The notes below the pieces were generated by a model, which had not been told where the DNA came from, ran no database searches, and saw only the letters and a list, made by a program, of their open reading frames with translations. A stretch of DNA of 64,000 nucleotides from Octopus vulgaris (lineage: Eukaryota): the NCBI GenBank assembly GCA_951406725.2, contig OX597828.1, forward strand, positions 68,262,001-68,326,000, given 5' to 3'. A program made the position numbers and the translations under genes. Shown here piece after piece: positions 55,010 to 64,000 of this stretch; the first letter of the stretch is position 1, and every line of letters starts with the position of its first letter.

Positions 55010-56762
55010 TATGCAGTTTCACCATTCTTACTTAACTGTTTTAAGGGTACTATAGTCATTATGGTTAATTTGAAAGAGTATTTCTTCAGTAATATTTTAA
55101 GAGAAGGTACAAAGAAACATTCACTGAACATCACGTTTCTGTTGACTCCCTCGGAACATGTTACTCATAACATCTACTATTTCCACTAAGACTTTTTTTT
55201 TTTTAAATCCCAAAACTATATTAAATTCTCTCAAAAGATTCTTTCACAGACAATAAGGATAAAAGCTAGAGAAGTAGCCTGCCATATTCTGGAACCGATT
55301 TATTCTATTTTGAGGGCATGGCGGTAAGCACTTGGTTATAAAATTGCAATAAATTTTTTTTAATTCAATGATATATTCTTGAATGATCGCTCACAAATGT
55401 TTATGGAATCATTCTTCATAGAATACAGTGTGAATAAGAACAGAGTGACACATCTATCAAATGGCATCACATGTCACAAGTTAACAGAGCTGCTCTTCAT
55501 TCTTGCTGCCTTCCTTTGATAGGCTAGTTCTCTAACTTTTACAAACATACAATGTTTTCCACACTCCATTTCACTACCAAATTATTCTTTATACCACCGT
55601 CAAAAACTAATTACAACTCTATTGTTTTCCCCTACAACTATAGCTTTGTTTCTGCAATCTAAATCTTATATAGAAATATGCATCACAGTCAGAAATGGCT
55701 TTGCTCTATTTATTGTCTTATTTACTCCTAAACATCAAACTCAATTACCACTCACTCACCCACACTCACTTACTACTGCATGCATGAAGAAACAATCTAA
55801 ATAGCATTGAAGACAAACTCGAAAAAATCAAAACGCAAAAAGCCTGATGTCAGACTGTTTTATGATTTCAATGTACAGTGTGTTCCCCTCCATCTGGCCT
55901 ACTGGAGAGGAACTGCCTTTCAAGGCTGCTAGTAAAAATTAAAAGTGCTGATATCTCTACAGTAGCAAACAAAAGTACCAGAACAATTGGAGAGTTAAAA
56001 AAAAATTATAATAAATCTTCCCCAGTGTGTTTAAAATATATATAAAAAAAAAACAGGAAGGAAGGAAAAGATTACACTTATGGCATTAATGAACAGAAAA
56101 CTCTTGAAAAATTACTATTATTTCTTATAGTCATATAAGGTGCAAAACTTTGTAACAAAGAGTTAGAACCAACTGAATGAACGCAGTATATAACTGGTAC
56201 TTATTGACTCCCAGAGCAAGAAAAGACAAAGTTGATTGCAACAAGGTTTAGACTTAGAATGTAAATTAAATACTGAAACTTGTCTGGTACTCACCATTTT
56301 TTACCACATGACCATCCCAAAAAATATATAATTAAAGTTATACTTTGTTGTGTTAAAATATTAACTCTAGATAATTATGCTTTTTCTTTAATTAAACATT
56401 TTCCTAATGACCAGTTTCCTTGCTTGTAATAGTGATTAATGTATTCCATATGAGAAGGGAATCATCAAATAAATGCCACATTAGCAAATGCATTGATGTC
56501 ACCCAATACACTAAAATCTTTTTTCAAATTTTTTATATTTAACCAAAAAGAAAAAACTTCTTTTTGGCAAGTATTATAAATTTAAATAAGAATGGTCATA
56601 AAGAGAAATTATATTTCTTTAAAATTAAATCCATATTGATTTTTAAGTTGCTACTTACTCAACTAAATTTCTAAATTAAAACAGTTACAATTTGTAGTTA
56701 ATATTTCAAATCTTTCCTCATCTAAACTAAATTCAAAAGTATTAGTGTATCGCATAGTGTTC

Positions 56763-57031
56763 CATCATCATCATCATCGTTTAACGTCCATTTTCCATGC
56801 TAGCATGGGTTGGACGGTTCGACCAGGGCCTGGGAAGCTAGATGGCTGCACCAGGCTCCAATCTTGATCTGGCAGTGTTTCTACAGCTGGATGCCCTTCC
56901 TAATGCCAACCACTCCATGAGTGTAGTGGGTGCTTTTTACGTGCCAGGGGAGGCTGGCAGCGGCCACGAACGGTTAGTGCATTTTACATGCCACCCGCAC
57001 AGAAGCCAGTCAAGGCAGCGCTGGCATCAGC
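56763..57031 (-). mobile_element. RTE LINE 3' UTR
   Basis: (CAT)n then reverse-complement family terminus. Confidence 0.85.
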
Positions 57032-57689
57032 ATCTATTTAAGCTCTATTATTTTACCTTCCCATGATTATAAAATCTACCCATTTTTTTTTACTTGTTTC
57101 TGGCATTAACATAAAGTGTTTTAGTTGAACAAACCAATCCCAGTAATTATCTTTTAAAGTCTTGCACTTATTCTATTAATTTCTTTTGTTGAACTGCTAA
57201 GTTATGGGGACCTAAACCAACATTGGTTGTCAAGTGGTTGGGAACACAGAACTACACACACGTGCATCCACACAGGACGGGCTTCTTTCAGCTTGGTTTA
57301 ACCAAATCCACTCACAAGGCTTCGAGTCCAGGGCTATAATAAAAGACGCCTGCCAAAGCTGCCACACACTAGGACTGAACCTGAAATCATGTAATCAGGA
57401 CGCAAACCACTTACCACACAGCCACGCCCATGCCATACTATATAAGATATGCGAGTATAGAGGCATTTCTCACACAACCAAATGGAGAAGGTATTAAATT
57501 ACTCAGGCTATATGTTATTTGCATTGGCTATAAGCATTTTACTGAGTCACTGAGCAGAATAATTCTAGCTGCTGGGAGTAAGTACCAGGCATTTATAAGA
57601 AAGCTTCCTGCATCAGATAAGCATTCCACGTGAGAGAAGGATGATACAGGAAACTAAAATGAACACTCTATGTACTAAGATATCAGAAA

Positions 57690-58029
57690 GAGAAAATAAC
57701 AATCCCAACCAATAAAAAAGTTTTAGAATTACATATTTTTTATACATCCTTACACATTTTGTTTCTTTTTGTTTCTGTTTTTTTTTTTCTTTTTCATTTT
57801 TGTTTTTACTTTAAAACCTCATTTTAATCAGAAGTAAAAACAATGGCCTAATACACAATTATAACTGCAGCGAAAAGATACTTGGGAAATATTACTGGAC
57901 TGTATATTTTCTCTTTCATTGCAAATAATGGAGGGGTGGGCCTTAATATAAAGATATATCTCAAGTGTTGTCAGGTACATTTGATAGCCATTGTAGAGAT
58001 ACGCTCCTATATAACAAAGATTTATAAAC
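57690..58029 (-). terminator. Candidate intronic cleavage/polyadenylation region of CSTF3 intron 3
   Basis: Read-through [25 protein letters not shown] to 57961; ATTAAA (57828-57823), AGTAAA, TATAAA (57744-57739), several TGTA motifs and a downstream U/GU-rich tract TTTTTTATTGGTTGGGATTGTTATTTT (~57719-57693). Confidence 0.5.
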
Positions 58030-58125
58030 CTCTTGCTCAATGTAACTCTTCCAATAGCGTCCAGCATTAGGAAACTGTGTTACAAGCCTCTCATAGGTGT
58101 TTCGGGCATCTCCAATCATTTTCAT
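58030..58125 (-). CDS. CSTF3: CstF-77 coding exon equivalent to human exon 3 (first HAT repeat)
   Basis: 96-nt phase 0/0 exon, acceptor tttctttattttcag, donor GAG|gtttat. Translates [32 protein letters not shown] vs human [32 protein letters not shown]; in frame with the upstream exon across a 4800-nt intron. Confidence 0.95.
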
Positions 58126-58433
58126 CTGAAAATAAAGAAACAAAATTCACATGACACTAATTGACTTTCTTAGACAAACAGAAAAAAAAGAAAAAAGAAA
58201 TGAGAAATTCAAAAAATTAATTTGGATTTTATATGAGAATTATGTCTTCATAAATAAATTTTCCCAAAAAAGTCCATTGTTAAATAAAATGCTCATGTGA
58301 ATATGCATGCAGGTTAAGTAAAACTAGAAAACCATTTGTGTAGTCAATGTTTTATGGTTAAAATGCTCCTTGAAATGCCATTTTCACTGTTAGTTTTTCT
58401 AACTCAATAGATTTCTCTATAGCTTGTCTTAAG

Positions 58434-58470
<37 letters not shown>

Positions 58471-58892
58471 CGCGCGCGTGTGTGTTAACTCAATTAAGAG
58501 ACAGTTTGGGGATGAACAAAATCGTAATTATCAAAGAAATTCAGTGAGGTTCCTTTAATAAAAAGCAAAACATTCAAATACCGCCAAGTTTAATATGTTA
58601 AAGAATATTTCAATTTTGAGAGGATGGTTTTAGTTGATACTGTTCACCCAGTACTTCACTGGTATTTTATTTTATTGAGCTTGGAAGGCTGAAAGGAAAA
58701 GTTGGCCAAGGCAAGATTTGAAAAGGTGGGGAAATATCGCAAGGGTTTTTTTTTTTTTTGGGAGTTTGTCACCTTACATGTATGTATAATAAATAGCAGT
58801 TTGATATTGACTTCTGTGTTGGTAGCCTTCCTAAACAAAAATAAGGTGATTATAGGCATTTCTTTGCTATTTTTATTCAATATGTTTATTAG

Positions 58893-58926
<34 letters not shown>

Positions 58927-58950
<24 letters not shown>

Positions 58951-59745
58951 AGAGGGGGAACAAAAGAACAAAGAGTGAAATTAACGAAGGGCTGATAGAA
59001 AGGAAAGAATAAAAGAATAGAGTTGTACAAGATATATATATATATATATATATACAAAATGGGACAACAAAACATCCAGATAGATGATACAAAGAAAACA
59101 AGGACGGGTCATTCGGAGTTTTCTTTCCTCAGTCAAGTTCCAGATTATCTTTGCAATTTCAGCTGGTTATACTTGAGATTGCTCCAATCTGGCCAGCCCC
59201 AAGGAAAAACAAAGCTAAGAGCATTAGATTCCTTGGAAGAAGACATCGAATGTATACGAAAACAAGGACAGAAAAAAAAAATGGAGAATGTTACACAAAT
59301 ATAAATAACAGAACATAACAACAGGTGTCTTTCGACTAACGACGAATTAAATTAAGCTGGTGTGTGTGGAGTAAAGTCTTATGGCAGGGATAGAAAATTT
59401 CACAGGCACAGGGAGGAATATAGATGTTGCATGGACGACAGCTGAACCAAGAAAGAAAGGTCAGACTTGGCCGAACACTGGTCACGTGGGGAGAGAAGTG
59501 AGAGAGGTAGAGGCAGAGGGACAGAAGAAAAAATGACAGGGACACAGTAAAGTGAAAAGAGGAGGGAAAGTGAGCATGAAGAGAAGGCAAGGAAATGTGA
59601 GAGAGGGGGAACAATAGAACAAAGAGTGAAATTAACGAAGGGCTGATAGAAAGGAAAGAATAAAAGAATAGAGTTGTACAAGATTTAGATAGATATATAC
59701 TTACATATAAGAGACCAAAGTCTACATACACAGATATATATAACT
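58927..59745 (-). mobile_element. Penelope-like terminal-repeat element with ~85-bp direct repeat
   Basis: 58927-59031 region repeated at ~59600-59683; shares sequence with 40560-40830 and 32510-32640. Confidence 0.5.
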
Positions 59746-59828
59746 TATAAACAAGGGCAAAAGAAAAAAATTTCAATGCCAAATATGCCGAAATAGACTT
59801 AATCATCAATAATATTTTCTTATCGTAT

Positions 59829-59890
59829 TTATCGCTGATGATGAGAAAATTCTAAATGAATTAACTCAGAAATTGGGACCGATCCGATGA
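59829..59890 (+). ncRNA. Type I hammerhead ribozyme motif inside fold-back element 59735-60115
   Basis: ttatcg-CTGATGA-TGAG...CTCA-GAAA-TTGG ga CCG-ATC-cgatga; all three stems pair; AUC triplet. Confidence 0.78.
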
Positions 59891-60114
59891 TAGTGAAATT
59901 TTTTTAGAAATTTCTATCAGCTTACTTCCGAGACGCGTGCTTATAGTGATAATTTATATGGTTATTGACGACTAAGTCTAATTCGGCATATTTGGCATTG
60001 AATTTTTTTTCTTTTGCCTTTGTTTATAAGTTGCCTATAAATTTAACCTTTAACGGTATTTTTTTAATATGCTGGCCATTGATAAAATTTTTTCAAAAAT
60101 TCTATCCTATATTA

Positions 60115-60150
<36 letters not shown>

Positions 60151-62156
60151 CAAAACGGGACAAGAACGCAAAACATCCAGACAGTTAGGTGATACAAAAA
60201 AAGGGACAACAAAACATCCAGATAAGCGAGAGTCAGGAGTTCATATCAGCAACAGCTGTTTCATTGTAAAAGTGTCAGTTTTCATGATTTATCTACCCAT
60301 GAAGACTAGTACCACATATTTGCTCATGTAATTGACTACAATGATGATTAGTTCTAAATACCATGCCTTTAACTAAACAAACATTTTTAAGACCTTAAGA
60401 ATCTAATAGAGAAATTTGCATTTAGGCTTTGGTATATATTGCTAATCTTTGTAGTAAATGGCATTCAAGGACAGACTAAGTCCTAAGAATTGGACAAGTT
60501 GTCTAACACACAGTTCTATATTTAAGAGATGAGGAATTATGTACATTATTTTACATTTGACGAATATTTGCCCTTATCTTGTTTGTTGTTAACACATTTC
60601 AGCTGATATACCCTCCAACCTTCATCAGGTGTCTTGGGGACAATGTAAGAGACAACTTAATGAAAGTCATATTGAAAATGTCAATATAGAACAAAGATGG
60701 ATAAATAAATCATGTTTGATTCATTCTCCATTATCTACCGTCAATGCATAGGAAACAGACATGACAATCTGCACAAAACTTGCAGCACACTTCTACAAAA
60801 CTCAGAATATCTGATATGTTTAAGATTTGAACTATCTTACATCAAAATGTTGAAAGTATCTAAATCTATTCCCCAAGAATGGAAAGTTAACTCAGGTGCG
60901 ACACAATTCCAACCAGAATTGTAAGGAAATACACAGCTAGTCAGTGACATTGACCGAAGAGGTGAATTAGACTTTAATTAAATCAGTTCTTTATTTTTTA
61001 TTCAGGATTCTCTTGTATTCAGCATCTGGTTCTAAACATAGACTTGGGATACCTCCCATCTCCCAAGACAGTAGGTTCTCATCATTATTTTACAGCTACT
61101 TTCCTTGCTGGCACAGATTGGATGGGTCATTTCAATCCAAGTTAGTTCTCATTCAGAGTTACTGTCCATCTAGAAAGACCAGAGGATCGGGTCTCAAAGG
61201 TTTCACTTTTGGCTTGGTTTCTATGGCTAGACACTGTTCCTAACACTGGTCACTTTAAACAATATATGGGGCACATTTTATCATGGCACTAGCAATAGAT
61301 AGGTTATCATGTCTTTAACAAGACGGCCCCTATACTGTTTTCACCTGTTTGCCAGTTGCCTGGAACCCCATAAAACTAAAGAGTCCTCACTACACTATGA
61401 TGTGTTTGTTCAGCCAAGAATACATGGCTGGCTGAAAACAAAAATGAATAAAAGAGAAACTGATCTGGATGAGTGAAGAGAGTAAGAGTAAGGAGAGTAG
61501 AAACTGAGTAATTGGAGTGAGACTGATAAGGGGTGAGATAGGTGGATAGTAGTAAGAATGACTAATGACTCATTGTACACAACAGGTAATGGTAGAGTGT
61601 ATGAGGTACAAATAGATCTGGTACAATCCCACAGATCTCATAATGGATGGCATGAATTTGAGGTGGGTTCAATAACATCCATTATTTATAATCATCATTG
61701 TTTTAATATCCATATTGCCATGCTCACATGGGTTGGACAGAATTCTTGGGGTAGATTTTCTATGGCCCTTCCAGTCGTAACCTTCACCTGTTTCTAAGCA
61801 AAGTAATATTTCCCATAGGTTTTTTTTTTTAAATTAGAAACAAAGGTCATGGCTTGCACGAGGGTGACTCATTTACAAATATTACATGATGTTAAGATGA
61901 GACTAACACTCACACACGCATACACACAAATGGTCTTCTTTCAGTCTCCAACTATCGAATTCACTCACAAGGCTTTGATTGGCCTGAGGCTAGTAAAAGA
62001 CACTTGCCCACAGTGCCACACAGAGGGACTGAACACAATGGCAGAGAAGCAACCTCTTAACCACACAGCAACCTAAAATTAATTAGGTATCAGTTCATTG
62101 GTATTCATATACACATCTGAATATACAAGTTACAACCAATGAGTGGCATCACAACT

Positions 62157-62430
62157 ATCATCATCATCGTTTAACGTCCGCTTTCCATGCTAGCATGGGT
62201 TGGATGATTTTGACTGAGGGCTGGCGAACCAGATGGCTGCACCAGGCTCCAATCTTGATCTGGCAGAGTTTCTACAGCTGGATGCCCTTCCTAACGTCAA
62301 CCACTCCGAGAGTGTAGTGGGTGCTTTTTACGTGCCACTGGCACAGGGCCAGTCAGGTGGTACTGGCAACAACCTTGCTCGAATCTTTATACACATGCTA
62401 CCGGCACAGGTGCCAGTAAGGCAACGCTGA
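62157..62430 (-). mobile_element. RTE LINE 3' UTR in CSTF3 intron 2
   Basis: Reverse-complement of the 36714 copy. Confidence 0.85.
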
Positions 62431-62925
62431 ACAGAAACCAGAAAGAGTATCAAATTACAACACTTATTGATTTGGTAGACAGAAACTAAAAGCATGAATG
62501 TGTTTGTCTCCCAGTCTTGACATCAGATGATAGTTGTAAGTGAGCATCACTGTAAGAGGAGCAGTATCATTCACTTCTGACCTTCAGTGAAAATGTGTCT
62601 AGCCATGGAAGAAATATTAATTGCTTGGAAACATTTAAGTGTTGGCAGCAGGAAGCCAGAGAAAAATCTGCCTCAACAAAACCTGCCTGATCCATGCAAG
62701 CACGGAAAAGTAGAAATTAGAATGATGCTGATAAATCAATCATCAATATATTTACAATAATAAACAATTTTTTATATACACTGAGATGTAACAACAGTAA
62801 TAGCTCGGTATTTAAAAAATATAGCTGCTACAAATATATATATAAAAGAGAAAACCAGATTATGTAAGCAGTTAATTCAATAAGACTGAGAAAATAAAGA
62901 GAGCAAAAAAGTGAGAGAGACTTAC

Positions 62926-63027
62926 CTGGGCATCTCTGATTAGAACACTCCATGCCTCAGTATCATAGGGGTATGCAGAAATTCTTTTCTCAGCTTTCTT
63001 TACTTTATCGGGTATGTAACCTATTTC
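62926..63027 (-). CDS. CSTF3: Cleavage stimulation factor subunit 3 (CstF-77), internal coding exon equivalent to human exon 2
   Basis: 102-nt phase 0/0 exon, acceptor ttttccactttag, donor CAG|gtaagt. Translates [34 protein letters not shown], matching recalled human CSTF3 [34 protein letters not shown]. The start codon exon is not identified in the window. Confidence 0.95.
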
Positions 63028-64000
63028 CTAAAGTGGAAAACATAACATTTGAATAAGTCAATTCCCAAATAATAAAATACATCAAATAGTATATATAAAA
63101 AAAGAAAGAAAAAACCTTAACAACTACTTTGCAACAAGTATATGCAATATTTTCCAAAGGTGTACATACAGATATGTGAAAATAAATCCTAATGATGCTC
63201 ATTTTGGCTAATAACTTTTTTAACAATAAAAATATAATTAATCTTTCATACATATTTTGAAACAAAAGAAAATCATTTTACAATGTATGACAATTTTTAT
63301 GTATGTGCATGAGTGTGTGTATATACATAAATAGATACATATTTATACATGCAGACATGTACACATACACACACAAACGTACAAATACATGTACACGTGT
63401 TTGTGTGTGCAAACATCATCATCATCATTTAACATCCGTGTTCTATGCTGGAATGGGCTTGATGATTTGACAGGATCTGATAACCCAAAAACTGCATCAT
63501 ACTTCAGTGTCAGCAGCTTTGGTATGGCTTTAACACCAAATGCCCTTCTTAACATAAATATATATGTGCATGTACACAGATATATACACACAGTCGTATA
63601 TACATTACAGCTATAGGATGTCACACTGGCACTTAACTCTGGATGCACAGTTCTTTATATCCAAAACAGCTGTAAGCTAATGAAGGTGGTTGACTATGCA
63701 ACTCCTAGTTGGTCATACATTTAAGGAACTTGCTTCCCAATCACTTGGTTACAGGTTCAGTCCCACTACATATTATGAGTCTTCCACTATAGCCCTGAGC
63801 TGACCAAAGCCTTGTGAAGGGATTTAGCAGATGGAAACTGAAAAAAAAAAAAACTTTGTGTGTGTGTGTGTGTGTCTCTCTCTCTCCTTGTATCAACCTT
63901 GCATCAAAGTTGTAAACAAATATTATTGTCATGCAAGCAGTATCATTCATTTCTAATAGACTGCAAACGAGAACAGACAAAGGGATTAAGTCAATTATAT

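Noticed and set aside
60592-60632. Minus-strand CTGATGA-stem-GAAA hammerhead-like motif
   Set aside because: Stem III and cleavage triplet are missing; treated as a dead remnant, as is the 5'-truncated GAAGAGC..GCTCGAAA at 30407-30435.

Overview
AT-rich, repeat-saturated eukaryotic DNA. The SINE/LINE repertoire and the (TA)n/(CA)n load look like an octopod (coleoid cephalopod) genome; this is an inference. The only host gene I can recognise is CSTF3 (CstF-77 / suppressor of forked) on the minus strand, with two coding exons at 63027-62926 and 58125-58030 matching human exons 2 and 3 in length and phase. Exon 3 ends in a weak donor (GAG|GTTTAT) followed by a short read-through ORF and candidate poly(A) elements, resembling the autoregulatory intronic polyadenylation site of vertebrate CSTF3 and fly su(f). 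I could not find exon 4, so the remaining ~58 kb may be one giant intron. That region holds a near-full-length decayed CR1 LINE, RTE/RTE-X/R4 fragments, Tc1/mariner/pogo relics, two Helitrons, piggyBac-type and 8-bp-TSD MITEs, three SINE families and ~5 kb of alternating purine-pyrimidine minisatellite. The most striking unannotated signal is a set of type I hammerhead-ribozyme folds at five loci, mostly in fold-back Penelope-like terminal repeats, with compensatory base changes between two copies. All long ORFs in the supplied track at 45.8-51.1 kb are satellite artefacts. Boundaries of decayed elements are approximate.
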